From an uncultured archaeon (GTDB lineage Archaea > Thermoproteota > Nitrososphaeria > Nitrososphaerales > Gagatemarchaeaceae), in contig CAWFOU010000008.1 of assembly GCA_963817525.1 (NCBI GenBank), forward strand, positions 32,001 through 96,000: a DNA stretch of 64,000 nucleotides, given 5' to 3'. The notes beneath the pieces are model-generated. The model was not told where the DNA came from. It saw only the letters and a program-made list of their open reading frames with translations, and made no database searches. The translations under genes were made by a program, and so were the position numbers. This document shows, piece by piece, positions 1 to 9,704 of this stretch (position 1 is its first letter; every line of letters starts with the position of its first letter).

Positions 1-1076
1 AGGATGCCCGCGACGGAGAAGAGGATGCACTTGCCCAGTATGTGGCTGAGCATGTAGAAGATCCCGCCCGAGAGCCCGAGCACCGTCAGGCTCCCTATGC
101 CCACGAGCGAGTAGGCGTTCTGGCTCATGGTGGACCAGGCGAAGAGGTACTTCACGTCGTCCTGCACCAGGGTCATCGCGCCGCCGAATATCATGGTGAG
201 GAGCGCCACGAACATGAACGGGACCGAGAACGTCTGGAATATCGTGGGCATGTTCTGGACGAGGAGCCTCGCGATCACGTAGTTCCCCAGACCCACCGCG
301 GTGGCCATAATCGGCGCGAAGGATGACGGCGGCTCGGCCTCGGCGGTCGGCAGCCACATGTGCACCCCGAAGACCCCCATCTTGACGAACCAGCCCAGCA
401 TCACCAGGAAGAAGACCCAGTACGGGATGGAGGAGCCAGTGCTGAGGGTCGAGAGCGAGGAGACCGCGAAGCTCCCGGTCGACGAGTAGGCGACGAGTAC
501 GCCCGCCAGGAAGATGAAGGCCCCGAGCTGGTTCCAGACGAAGTACATTATGGCGACCCTGCCCTTCTGCACGTAGCCGAAGAACGCGAGCAGGAAGAAG
601 GTCGGTATCAGCATTAGCTCGAGGAAGAGGTAAAGCTCGATGAGGTTGGTGGAGAGGGAGACCCCGAGGAGGCCGGTGACCACAAGGAGGAAGTTGAGGT
701 AGTAGATGCCGTACTGCCTCTTCCTGTCTTCCCCGTAGAGGCTCTCGAACCGCTTCCGCATGTAGGGCATCGAGTAGACCGCGGTCGCCGCGCAGACAAC
801 GGCCATCACGAACGCAACCGGGAGGCTCAGGCCGTCGGCGAGAAACCCGAAGGTTAGCCCGGCCGCGGACGCCCACGTGTAGCTCTCGGTCACCGGAGCC
901 CCGCCACCGTAGAGCCCGGAGCCCACGGAGAGCAGGAGAAGGGAGGCGTAGAGGAGCGCGACGAACGCTATCCAGCCGACCTGCCTCCCTAGCCTCTGCC
1001 CCGCCGCGAACGAGACGACCGCCGCGAGCAGGGGGACCAGGACCACCTGCAGGAGGACGAAGGGAATCTCGCTCAG
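1..1076 (-). CDS. nuoM: NADH-quinone oxidoreductase subunit M (partial, runs off window start)
   Basis: Manual translation (not in the ORF track): LSEIPFVLLQVVLVPLLAAVV...GVKMGVFGVHMWLP...HILGKCILFSVAGIL, antiporter-like NuoM motifs. Follows nuoK. Start uncertain; the apparent start is CTG at 1076. Confidence 0.85.
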   Translation of the reverse strand, partial: MSEIPFVLLQVVLVPLLAAVVSFAAGQRLGRQVGWIAFVALLYASLLLLSVGSGLYGGGAPVTESYTWASAAGLTFGFLADGLSLPVAFVMAVVCAATAVYSMPYMRKRFESLYGEDRKRQYGIYYLNFLLVVTGLLGVSLSTNLIELYLFLELMLIPTFFLLAFFGYVQKGRVAIMYFVWNQLGAFIFLAGVLVAYSSTGSFAVSSLSTLSTGSSIPYWVFFLVMLGWFVKMGVFGVHMWLPTAEAEPPSSFAPIMATAVGLGNYVIARLLVQNMPTIFQTFSVPFMFVALLTMIFGGAMTLVQDDVKYLFAWSTMSQNAYSLVGIGSLTVLGLSGGIFYMLSHILGKCILFSVAGI

Positions 1077-1164
1077 CGAGGGGCCACTCCATCTGCTCGG
1101 CTCGGGGCGGTCCGGCACCGCGCGTTCGCTAAGTATCCGGGAAGCGTTGTCTCTCCCATTTGAT

Positions 1165-1473
1165 CTACCCCTTGAGGTTCTTCAGCTCGCTCACGTCGAC
1201 GTCGTCGTGGATCCTGTAAGCCACCACGACGATCGCCAGTATCACGGCGGCCTCCGCGGCGGCGAGGGCGATCGAGAAGAGCACGATCGTCTGCCCGGCT
1301 GCGGCCGGCCATAGGAACCTGTTGAAGGCGATGAAGTTGATGTTCGCTGCGTTGACGAGTATCTCCACAGAGAAGACGAGCCTCATGGCGTTCCTCTTGG
1401 TCACCAGGCCGTAGATCCCCACGCCGAACAGGAGGGCCGATACCACGAGGTAGTCCGAGAGGGCGACTGTCAT
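1165..1473 (-). CDS. nuoK: NADH-quinone oxidoreductase subunit K
   Basis: 102 aa, three TM helices, KRNAMRL..SVEILVNAANINF and IALAAAEAAV motifs. Confidence 0.95.
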   Translation of the reverse strand: MTVALSDYLVVSALLFGVGIYGLVTKRNAMRLVFSVEILVNAANINFIAFNRFLWPAAAGQTIVLFSIALAAAEAAVILAIVVVAYRIHDDVDVSELKNLKG

Positions 1474-1479
1474 GCCGCT

Positions 1480-2013
1480 CTAGGAGCCCTCCCTCTCTTC
1501 GGCGGGGCGCGGGCCCGCCGGGTCCACCTTGGCCAGCGTGATCGCCCCAAGGACAGCCGCGGCGAGCACCAGCGCCATCACCTCCAGGGCCGGGGCGTAC
1601 TGGCCCGTGATGAGCTGGCCGATCCCCACGAAGCTCGGAGCGGTGGCCTGCTCGCTGGTGGTCGAGAATCCCGCCGCGATGAAGCTCGAGACCAGGGAGG
1701 CGATGAGGGCTATCACCGTGACTATAGCCGCTGCCCTCGCGGCAGGTCCCATCGAGTCGCCGAACCACCTCCCCTCCCTAACCAGCATCACCGTGAAGAG
1801 GAGCAAGACCGCGACGGCGCCCACGTAGACGGTTATCTGGAAGACGGCCACGAACGGGGAGTCGAGGAGGAAGAAGAGCGAGGCGACGCCGAAGAAGCTG
1901 GTCGCGAGCCCCACGGCTCCGTAGATGATCTCCTTGGCTTCGAGCGCAGAGATCGCCCCACCCACGGCCACGACGGCCAGAGCGGCGAAGGCCACGTCCG
2001 TCGGGTCAACCAT
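1480..2013 (-). CDS. nuoJ: NADH-quinone oxidoreductase subunit J
   Basis: 177 aa hydrophobic protein, FQITVYVGAVAVLLLF motif, lies between nuoI and nuoK. Confidence 0.93.
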   Translation of the reverse strand: MVDPTDVAFAALAVVAVGGAISALEAKEIIYGAVGLATSFFGVASLFFLLDSPFVAVFQITVYVGAVAVLLLFTVMLVREGRWFGDSMGPAARAAAIVTVIALIASLVSSFIAAGFSTTSEQATAPSFVGIGQLITGQYAPALEVMALVLAAAVLGAITLAKVDPAGPRPAEEREGS

Positions 2014-3637
2014 GGGTCACTGTCCCTCTCTTCTGGTCGAACTTCACCCTGGCCTTGCCCAGCTCGTCCGGCGGTGGGAGCATGAGCATGTCTGGGGTGT
2101 ACTTCAGGCTGGCCTTGTCGTAGGCCGAGAGCTCATAGTCGTTGCTCATGGAGAGCGCGTCGAAGGGACAGGCATCGACGCAGTTGCTGGTCGCGAGCCC
2201 CAACGGGCTGAAGGTGTGGTCACCGTCCACCGTGACGTCCATGACCCTGAAGTCGGTCACTTCGATGGTCTCTATCTTCCTGATCGGGAGGAAGACATAG
2301 TTCTCCGAGATGTGAAACTTGTCGGCGTGCTTTGAGGGGCGGTAGTCGAAATCTATTTTCCACAATGCAGCGAGCTTGATGGCCCATCTTCCGAAGACAT
2401 CGACATGATAAGACGGTAGCTTGTCCTTTGGTTCGCTCCTCTCCAGGGTTGCCACGACTCCCACCTTGGCCAGCAGCTGCTGCAGTTGAAACGCCATGAC
2501 TTCGGACGTCGTCGTAAAGTTGAGGTACTTCTGGCGAGGCTGCCTGATCCTGCATCCATCTCCCTGCCATTCACCCTTCAGGACCTGAAGAATCTTTTCG
2601 TGTTCAGCGAAGAAGACCCAGTCAGTGAGGTGCTTGTTTGGAGCACCCTTCCCGAATTGAGAGAAGAAGTCCTCTGCCAAGGCAGAGTTGAATGCCAGCC
2701 TCAGGCCGTTCTCACCATTCTTCTTCAAGGCGGCCCGCTTTCCGAAGAATCTCTCGAGTAAGTCGTTGCAATCGGCAACAAGGCTGCCCATCTCGCTCAC
2801 GTTGAAGTCGAAGTTGACTGTCCTCCCTCCGTCGCACGACCCTTCGGCAAGGTAGAACCCAATGAGCCGGAAGAGGTCAGGGGACGCGTCGAGGACGAGC
2901 TTTCTCTTCGCGGATCCAAACCTGTGCATCGGGACGTCTCTCTCGTATTTCGCCACCGGGACTTCCTTCTTCACGACTGGACTGACAAGATAATCGCCGA
3001 GCTTCAGCTCCCCCGGCTTGTGGAACATCAGGGGCTCGGTCCTCCTCAAGAGCCTGCCGTCTTTCCTGTTCGACTTTCTTCTCGAGACAGCTATTATTGG
3101 GTGGTCAGCGGTGCAAACCAGAGGTTCTGGCTTGCCGTAGACGTGAATCTTGTAGAGTGTCCCAGTGTACCTCATGTCCCACACCTTGGTGACTGGCTTG
3201 TACTCCCCCGTGTGGGTTAGGAGCAAATCTCCTAATACAACCTCTTTTAGCTGTTTTAAGCCCGGATTAGTCACGACAGGCGTATCGGGGGCTAAACAGA
3301 GCCCGCAAAAGACGCATCTTCCGTAATCCACGGCGGGCCAGTAGTTCTTCTTGTTCTGCGGCTTGTCCCTCACCATCGTCTGCATCTCGATGGCAACGGC
3401 AACGCCGTCGCAGGCGATGGCGCAGAGCTGGCAGCCCGTGCACTTGTCCTCCTTGAGGACGTGCCTGCCCTTGAACCCTGGAAGGCCCACGCCCGCCTTC
3501 GGGTCGAAGCGGTAGCCCGGGCCCTGCAGGTCGAGCTTCTGGTCGGGGTAGCGCAGGGTCATCCTGGGGCGGAAGGCGTGCCTGACCCCCGCCCAGCCCG
3601 CGGTCCAGGCGCCCTTGATCTGAGATAGCATTCCCAT
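2006..3637 (-). CDS. nuoI: NADH-quinone oxidoreductase subunit I (2x[4Fe-4S]) precursor containing an intein
   Basis: CTGCQLCAIAC and CVFCGL|CVDACP ferredoxin motifs; removing the 372-aa intein leaves a 171-aa NuoI. Confidence 0.93.
   Translation of the reverse strand: MGMLSQIKGAWTAGWAGVRHAFRPRMTLRYPDQKLDLQGPGYRFDPKAGVGLPGFKGRHVLKEDKCTGCQLCAIACDGVAVAIEMQTMVRDKPQNKKNYWPAVDYGRCVFCGLCLAPDTPVVTNPGLKQLKEVVLGDLLLTHTGEYKPVTKVWDMRYTGTLYKIHVYGKPEPLVCTADHPIIAVSRRKSNRKDGRLLRRTEPLMFHKPGELKLGDYLVSPVVKKEVPVAKYERDVPMHRFGSAKRKLVLDASPDLFRLIGFYLAEGSCDGGRTVNFDFNVSEMGSLVADCNDLLERFFGKRAALKKNGENGLRLAFNSALAEDFFSQFGKGAPNKHLTDWVFFAEHEKILQVLKGEWQGDGCRIRQPRQKYLNFTTTSEVMAFQLQQLLAKVGVVATLERSEPKDKLPSYHVDVFGRWAIKLAALWKIDFDYRPSKHADKFHISENYVFLPIRKIETIEVTDFRVMDVTVDGDHTFSPLGLATSNCVDACPFDALSMSNDYELSAYDKASLKYTPDMLMLPPPDELGKARVKFDQKRGTVTHG
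2183..3298 (-). mobile_element. Intein (372 aa) with LAGLIDADG homing endonuclease in nuoI
   Basis: Starts CLAPDTPV, block B CTADHPII, LAGLIDADG-like LIGFYLAEGS and VLKGEWQGDG, ends ATSN followed by +1 Cys; visibly more AT-rich than the exteins. Confidence 0.93.
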
Positions 3638-3641
3638 CGGC

Positions 3642-4853
3642 TCAGAGGCCTCCTATGGTGTAGAGCCCTAGCGAGAGGACGAGGAGCGCGATGAAGAGGT
3701 TGAGGAAGGAGAGGAACATGAGCTTCGACCACCCTCCCTTGAGGAGGACGTCTATCCTCACCCTGGGGAGGACCGCCCTGGGGAGCATCATGGCCACCAT
3801 CACTATGAAGGTCTTGATGATGAACCACGCCGGCGGGAGCAGCCCGGGCCCGAACCAGCCGCCGAGGAAGAAAGTGGTGAAGATGCCCGCAAGCGCATAG
3901 AACTTGATGTAGGTCGCTAGCTGGAAGACGCCGAAGTTCATCCCGCCATACTCGGTCTGCCAGCCGGCCACCAGCTCCGTGTCGGCCTCGGGGAGGTCGA
4001 ACGGGATCCTCTCGAGCTCGGCGAGGACGCAGATGAAGAAGACTATCGCCCCCAGCGGCTGGAGGACTATGAACCAGAGGCTGCTCTGCGCGTAGACTAT
4101 CTTGACGAGGTCGAGCGAGCCCGCGAGGACGACCACGCCGAGCACGGAGAGGATCATCGGGATCTCGTAGGCCACCATCTGATGGAGCGCCCTGAGCGAG
4201 CCGAGGAGCGAGTACTTGTTGTTGCTAGACCATCCGGCCAGCATCACGACGAGCGGGGTGAAGCTGATTATCGCGAAGACGAAGATCGCCCCGACCGAAG
4301 GGTCGGCTATGTAGGTCGTCGGTCCGAGGGGAAGGAGCGAGAGGAGGGCGCCCGATATCGCCATGAGCGCGAGCGGGACCGAGAGGTATACCGCCTTGTC
4401 GACCTCGTCCGGGATGATTATCTCCTTGAAGAGGAGCTTAAAGAGGTCGGCGAAGTTCTGGAGGATCCCCTCCCAGCTGCCGGCGTACTGCGGGCCGACC
4501 CTTAGCTGGACCTTGGCGATGAGCTTTCTCTCCACCCAGACCATGAAGACGGTGGAGAAGAGGGCCGCGAAGGTGAATCCCGGGAAGGCAGTAAAAGCGA
4601 TCAAGCTCTTCGTGGGTTCGGTGGTCAGGACCTGCATCATGAAGGAGCCTATGCCGCTCGGGCTGGTCGGGGGCGGGGGTAAGGGAAGCGGCAGGGAGGT
4701 GAAGAGGGCGAACATGCTCTTCCCGAAGAGCACCGGGGTGAGGAAGTACCCCAGGGCGAGGAGGATCGATACGAGGACGAGCAGCCCCACTACCAGTTTG
4801 ACGACGTGCCTGATGAACCCCCCGAAGGTGGTGATCTGCCTAGGCACGCTCAC
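3642..4853 (-). CDS. nuoH: NADH-quinone oxidoreductase subunit H (with N-terminal extension)
   Basis: WVERKLIAKVQLRVGP, ADLFKLLFKE, ERIPFDLPEADTELVAGW motifs; start placed at GTG 4853 (ORF open to 4910). Confidence 0.95.
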   Translation of the reverse strand: MSVPRQITTFGGFIRHVVKLVVGLLVLVSILLALGYFLTPVLFGKSMFALFTSLPLPLPPPPTSPSGIGSFMMQVLTTEPTKSLIAFTAFPGFTFAALFSTVFMVWVERKLIAKVQLRVGPQYAGSWEGILQNFADLFKLLFKEIIIPDEVDKAVYLSVPLALMAISGALLSLLPLGPTTYIADPSVGAIFVFAIISFTPLVVMLAGWSSNNKYSLLGSLRALHQMVAYEIPMILSVLGVVVLAGSLDLVKIVYAQSSLWFIVLQPLGAIVFFICVLAELERIPFDLPEADTELVAGWQTEYGGMNFGVFQLATYIKFYALAGIFTTFFLGGWFGPGLLPPAWFIIKTFIVMVAMMLPRAVLPRVRIDVLLKGGWSKLMFLSFLNLFIALLVLSLGLYTIGGL

Positions 4854-4961
4854 GTCCTCTTTTCTAGCGCTTGCACCCGCGCATGATATTTCAATCTTGC
4901 GAGGCGACATCCTCGGTTTTCCGGGAGACCGCCTCGTGGGTGCGTTCGCATTTTCTTCAAC

Positions 4962-6617
4962 CTAGAGAGCGGCCGCGTAGTCCTGGAGCATCTTCCTGTA
5001 GATGCTCCGCGGCGGGAACCCTACACCGGTGAGGTAGGTGGAGAACTTCACCCTCCCCTTGTCGTCCTTTATGGTGTCCTCGATGGCGTGGATCTCCTCG
5101 CCGACCACCGCGTACGCGGTCGCGTAGCCCGGGAACATCCCCTCGTGCGCGGGGAAGAGCTGGTAGTAGACGTTGCTCTTCGGGACGCCCGTGTGTGCGT
5201 TGGCCCAGTCGATGAACTCGAAGAGCGTCTGCTTGCCTGTGTTGATGCGGACGTCCCCGATCACCCTCAGGAACCTGATCAGCCGCCACTTGCGGGTCTG
5301 GAACTCCAGCTCCGCGTTGATGAGCTTTAGCCCGCCGTACTTTCCCAGCAGCGTCACGTATGCCTTCTCCGCCTTTGTGAGGGACCCCTTGCTCTCCAGC
5401 CTCACCGAGGCCTCGAGGAACTCCCTCTCCCTGTTGAACGACAGGCCCTCGGTCACCGGCGCCATCATTAGCGTGGGGACGAGCTCGAGCTTGCTCGGGC
5501 GCCCCCCAAAGTGGAGGACGCTGTTTGAGTGGTTGACGCAGTGCCCGTACTCCTCGTGGACTAGCAGATCCATCAGCTGGGAGACCGACTTGGGGGGGTC
5601 CCTCTTCGGGTCGGTCGTGAGGAAGTAGATCTGGAAGGGCTTCTTGGTGAAGGTGTCGAAGAACGACGCCGCTCCGGTCGGGAGCATCCCGGAGAGGTAG
5701 GCCGGCGTCTGGATGACCTTGGTCTTGTACTTCTTGTTGATCCTGACAACATCCTCGTCGACGAACTCCTGTATGACCTTCCTCATCCCGTTGGTGATCC
5801 TCAGGAGGTCCTTCGGCTTCAGCCTCGCCCTGTCGACGAGGTGCTTCTCGACGGCCTCCGGGGTCGCGTCGCACTTGTACTCCTTCGCGAGCCTCTTCGT
5901 CACGTTGCGGTAGCGCGGGAGCTCCTCCGCGAGCCACGCGAGCGCCTTCTTCTCCAGGTCGTCCGGCGTCTCGGTGTAGTCCAGCCCGTTCTCGAGCGCG
6001 ACCCGGTAGAACCTCTCCCTCCCGAGCGCGAACTTGGTCCTCTTGAACGCAACCTCGACCTCCTCGAAGGTGCCCTTCCCGAAGCCCTTGAGCTCGAAGA
6101 GCGAGACGAACTTCTTCGCCTTCTCCCTGAGCCTCTCGCAGTCCCTCTTCAGCTCCTTGCCCTTGATCTGCCCCGATATCGCGTCGAGGACCTCGATGAC
6201 GCCGTCCAGCCTGTAGAGGGTGAGAGCCTTGACGGCGGAGGGGACGTCCCTCTTCGCGAACCTCTTCTGGGTGGCGTCTATCGCCTTGATGGAGTCGGAG
6301 ACGAGCGAGGAGATGTGCGCCTCGTTGACGCCCTCCTTGGTGAGGTGGTTGAAGATCGAGCCGACGATGTCGTCTAGGACGGGTTGCGGCTCGTCGAACG
6401 AGAGGGTAGTCTCCATGCAGTCGAGGAGTCTCCCCTGGAGCTCGTTCGTCGTCCTCCGCCTGAGCGCCCTGACGCTCTCGAGCGCGCGCCTGACGTTCTC
6501 TTCGCTGGGGATGAACAGCCGCCCGGCGTATTCCTCGAACCCGCATGTGTATGCTCCGGACGGGGAGAGCTCCTTCCAGAGCTCGAATATCTCGTCGTCC
6601 AGGGATTTGGTCACCAA
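4962..6617 (-). CDS. DUF885-like putative zinc metallopeptidase
   Basis: HEEYGH plus downstream EGLSF..E motif and helical bulk typical of DUF885; start TTG 6617 or GTG 6614. Confidence 0.6.
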   Translation of the reverse strand: MVTKSLDDEIFELWKELSPSGAYTCGFEEYAGRLFIPSEENVRRALESVRALRRRTTNELQGRLLDCMETTLSFDEPQPVLDDIVGSIFNHLTKEGVNEAHISSLVSDSIKAIDATQKRFAKRDVPSAVKALTLYRLDGVIEVLDAISGQIKGKELKRDCERLREKAKKFVSLFELKGFGKGTFEEVEVAFKRTKFALGRERFYRVALENGLDYTETPDDLEKKALAWLAEELPRYRNVTKRLAKEYKCDATPEAVEKHLVDRARLKPKDLLRITNGMRKVIQEFVDEDVVRINKKYKTKVIQTPAYLSGMLPTGAASFFDTFTKKPFQIYFLTTDPKRDPPKSVSQLMDLLVHEEYGHCVNHSNSVLHFGGRPSKLELVPTLMMAPVTEGLSFNREREFLEASVRLESKGSLTKAEKAYVTLLGKYGGLKLINAELEFQTRKWRLIRFLRVIGDVRINTGKQTLFEFIDWANAHTGVPKSNVYYQLFPAHEGMFPGYATAYAVVGEEIHAIEDTIKDDKGRVKFSTYLTGVGFPPRSIYRKMLQDYAAAL

Positions 6618-6631
6618 AGTCGACCAGCGCC

Positions 6632-8104
6632 TCACGCGGCCACCGCAGACAAGTTGAAGCGGCTCTTGGTGTCGTCTATCTCTACCAGGAGCTTCTTCCT
6701 CCACTCCGGGAACCCCTTCGGGGTCGTGGGGTAGGTGAGGTTGTGCTGGACGAGCGCCTCACTCTTGTCGGCCGTGTAGCGGAGCCCCTTGGCGAGGTCC
6801 ATCTGGCTCGCTGCCCTCATGAGGAGCACCGGGTTGAGCTTGCTGATCGAGTTAAACCTGGGGTGGCGCCTCTCGGTGATGGCGTCGATGTCCTCCTGTG
6901 TGAGGAAGTGCTTCATCCCGAAGTTGATCTGCTCGTTGGTGATGGTCTGGAGGTAGCGCCTGAGGACCTCGAACGATGCCATCTGGTAGCCGTGGGTGGT
7001 CATGTACTCTGAGTTATAGGCCCATAGGCCCTCCTGGGAGACGTCGTTCGCCTCGATTGCGTGCGCCGCCACCTTGCCCAATATCATCGCGGCGTACATC
7101 GACGGCCCAATCCCCCCCGCGTCGAGGGGCCTGGGCAGCCAGGCGGCGTCCCCTACCACGGCGAACCCGTTCGCTACCATGCAGTCGTTCTGCCTCCTTA
7201 CCGGGACCTGCCAGTTGCCCTTCTCGTTCCCCTTGTCGTCAGGGTTGGTCGAGAGCCGCCCGTTCCTGATGCACGGGTTGTCCTTCACGTACTGGTCGAT
7301 GAGCGTGGAGAGGTTGTCGCTCAGGCCCAGCTTCTTGTTCCTCCTGTCGAGGCCGGGCTTCGAGACGCCGAGCCCGATGTTGACCTTGTTCTGCCCCTTG
7401 GGGAAGACCCAGGCGTAGCCCGCGGGGGCGATGACCTGGTCGAGGTGGATGAGGCAATAGTCAGGGGTGAAGTACGTCTCGTCCTGTACCCCCTGGTCGA
7501 ACTCCATGAGGTAGCGGCCCGTCGCCTCCATGTCCTCGATGTCTATCTCCCTCTCGATGTAGCTGTCTATCGGGTTGAACTTCCTGAGCACGGAGGAGGA
7601 GCCTGACGCGTCGATCACCATCTGCGCGCTCGCCTTGAAGGGGTTGCCCTCCGAGTCGCGGCCCTGAAGCCCTCTGATGTAGCCGTCCTCCGCGACCAGC
7701 TTCTCAGCGGTGGTCCCGAACTTGAACTCGACCCCAAAGCCCTTCGCGTCCTTTACCTGCCGCTTTGGCATCAGCTTCCTGTTGAGTATGAACCCCTCGC
7801 CCTCGAAGAGGACCTTGGTCTGGTGGTCGGGCGAGTAGACGTAGATCCCCTTGACGGGGTGCTCGAGCTCGGGGGAGCCGTACTTTACCCCGATGCTCTT
7901 CTCGATGAATCCGATGCTCTTCTTGCTCGCGGCGTCGCCGCAGATCCACCCGTTGTTGGTCTTCTTTCCGGGTTCCTCTTCTGTGTTCCTGTCGACGACG
8001 AGGACACGCGCACTTTGCTTCGAGTAGTAGCCTATCGCAGCGGCGGTGAGGAGGCCGGACATGCCACCGCCTGCGATTATCACGTCATAGTCGTATTTCG
8101 CCAA
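6632..8104 (-). CDS. Geranylgeranyl reductase family FAD oxidoreductase (digeranylgeranylglycerophospholipid reductase-like)
   Basis: YDVIIAGGGMSG FAD motif, ICGDA, GYAWVFPK, VGDAA..PLDAGGI. Confidence 0.85.
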   Translation of the reverse strand: MAKYDYDVIIAGGGMSGLLTAAAIGYYSKQSARVLVVDRNTEEEPGKKTNNGWICGDAASKKSIGFIEKSIGVKYGSPELEHPVKGIYVYSPDHQTKVLFEGEGFILNRKLMPKRQVKDAKGFGVEFKFGTTAEKLVAEDGYIRGLQGRDSEGNPFKASAQMVIDASGSSSVLRKFNPIDSYIEREIDIEDMEATGRYLMEFDQGVQDETYFTPDYCLIHLDQVIAPAGYAWVFPKGQNKVNIGLGVSKPGLDRRNKKLGLSDNLSTLIDQYVKDNPCIRNGRLSTNPDDKGNEKGNWQVPVRRQNDCMVANGFAVVGDAAWLPRPLDAGGIGPSMYAAMILGKVAAHAIEANDVSQEGLWAYNSEYMTTHGYQMASFEVLRRYLQTITNEQINFGMKHFLTQEDIDAITERRHPRFNSISKLNPVLLMRAASQMDLAKGLRYTADKSEALVQHNLTYPTTPKGFPEWRKKLLVEIDDTKSRFNLSAVAA

Positions 8105-8190
8105 GCATTGCACCAGGATTGGGTATTTCGCGAAAGCAACTAATATCTATATAAGCGCTTCTCCGACGTTATAGGCGAGGAGGCGCTTGG

Positions 8191-8892
8191 TTGAAGGAAG
8201 ACGAGCTTTCGAGGGAGCTTAGGAAGCTCGGGCTCACCAGCTATCAGGCGAAGTGCTACGTGTTCCTGGTGAAGCTGGGGCCGACCGACCCCAGGAAGCT
8301 CGCCGCCAAGGCGTCGATGCCATACCCGAATGCCTACGAGGCGCTCGGGCGGCTGTCCGACCTCGGATGGGTGGAGCTCGTGACGAGGAGGCCCGCGGTC
8401 TACAGAGCGAGGGACCCGTCAACCATCCTCGAAGAGACCCAGTCCAAGCTCCGAGAGACCTTCGACTCGCTGGAGGCCATGTACAAAGCCACGCCTGCGG
8501 ACGAGGCGGAGCTCGTCTACACGCTCCGGGGGAAGGACAGGGTGCTCTCGAAGCTGGTGGAGATGATCAGGGGGTCCCGCTCCAGCATGATGCTCGTCAC
8601 CCCCGCGGAGACGCTCCAGGGGTCGGACATCCTGCTCGAGGAGATCCGAAGGGCCGCCTCGCGGGGGGTCGACATCAGGGTCATGACGGACGAGGCAGAG
8701 CTCAAGGGCCTGCCCGCCAAGGTGGAGGCGCGCACGGGCAGCATCGTCGCCTTCGACTTGCTAGTGGACGACAGGGCCGCGTTGATAGGGCTGCCGGACC
8801 TCTCGGCGGCGGGATGGGTGGAGAGCAGCGCGGTCGCGAGCCACTTCATGCAGTTCCTGGAGCTCCTCTGGAGCACCGGGTCTCAGAAATAA
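8191..8892 (+). CDS. TrmB family transcriptional regulator
   Basis: LRKLGLTSYQAKCY..L N-terminal HTH plus C-terminal effector domain; divergent from the reductase gene. Confidence 0.85.
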   Translation: MKEDELSRELRKLGLTSYQAKCYVFLVKLGPTDPRKLAAKASMPYPNAYEALGRLSDLGWVELVTRRPAVYRARDPSTILEETQSKLRETFDSLEAMYKATPADEAELVYTLRGKDRVLSKLVEMIRGSRSSMMLVTPAETLQGSDILLEEIRRAASRGVDIRVMTDEAELKGLPAKVEARTGSIVAFDLLVDDRAALIGLPDLSAAGWVESSAVASHFMQFLELLWSTGSQK

Positions 8893-8912
8893 GAAAAGGG
8901 TGAAGGCGCCAC

Positions 8913-8936
8913 CCGACCGCCTAAGAAAGCGGTCGG
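8913..8936. terminator. GC-rich hairpin between convergent genes (possible terminator)
   Basis: CCGACCGC-N8-GCGGTCGG perfect 8-bp inverted repeat between the trmB and cdvB-like stop codons. Confidence 0.4.
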
Positions 8937-8970
8937 ATGACCCGCTTCGAGCTGGATCCGCCTGACGCGG

Positions 8971-9618
8971 CTAGCTTCCGCTGCTGAAGACCGACTCGTC
9001 CTGGGCGGAGGGAACTTCTGGGAAGTTCTCGCCCATGCGCTTCTCGGCTATCGCAGCGGCCTCCGCCATGATCTTCTCTGACTCCTCGCTCGTCTCGGTG
9101 CTCATGAAGAAGCTGGAGCCCGTCAGCCCGCCGACGTCCGTCATCATCGTGCTGAGCTCGGTGCCGATGTCTCCGAGGGCTCCCTGCGCGTCTGGCAGCG
9201 CCGTCGCGAGGGACGTCCTGACGTTCTTTATCACGCCGATCGCCGGTGCGAGGACCGCGGTGAAGTCACCGAACTCGGTGACCGTCTGCAGCCTCATGGT
9301 GATCTGCTCTAGAGCAATCTTGGACTGGGTGACGATCTTGGTCATCTTCTTGACCTCGGCGAGCTCGTTGGAGTAGGCCTTGCTCGTCGCCTCGTCGTGG
9401 GCCTGGACGGCCGCGACCGTCTTCTTGAATATCGCCGTCTCCCTCTGCTTCATGCGATTCAGGGCGCCATCGAGCCGGTGTATCTCTTGGTTGAGCTGGC
9501 CGGTGGCCTTCTGAATCTGAGGCTTCAGCGGCTGTGGGCCCCTGATAGTCTCCCTTGTCTTCTGTCCGAAGCTTCCGTTGGAGGCTGCGGGTTTCCAGTT
9601 CTTCTCGAATTTGCTCAT
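8971..9618 (-). CDS. ESCRT-III / Snf7 protein, CdvB paralogue
   Basis: PLKPQI..., AYSNELAEVKKM, KIALEQITMRLQTV, SEESEKIMAEAAAIAE..FPEVP pattern of thaumarchaeal CdvB paralogues; ATG at 9618. Confidence 0.88.
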   Translation of the reverse strand: MSKFEKNWKPAASNGSFGQKTRETIRGPQPLKPQIQKATGQLNQEIHRLDGALNRMKQRETAIFKKTVAAVQAHDEATSKAYSNELAEVKKMTKIVTQSKIALEQITMRLQTVTEFGDFTAVLAPAIGVIKNVRTSLATALPDAQGALGDIGTELSTMMTDVGGLTGSSFFMSTETSEESEKIMAEAAAIAEKRMGENFPEVPSAQDESVFSSGS

Positions 9619-9704
9619 GTCGGTGAATCTCTCGGCATCGATGTGCCATGAGACGGAGATACCGTGCCGAGACAACAAGGTTTGATGGTGTGGTAAAGTT
9701 TGGT

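Noticed and set aside
4957-6546. Long alternative-frame ORFs (e.g. 529 aa here; also 20219-21361, 51421-52626, 55756-56961)
   Set aside because: Arg/Gly/Pro-rich shadow ORFs expected from high GC3 codon bias, fully overlapping well-supported genes.
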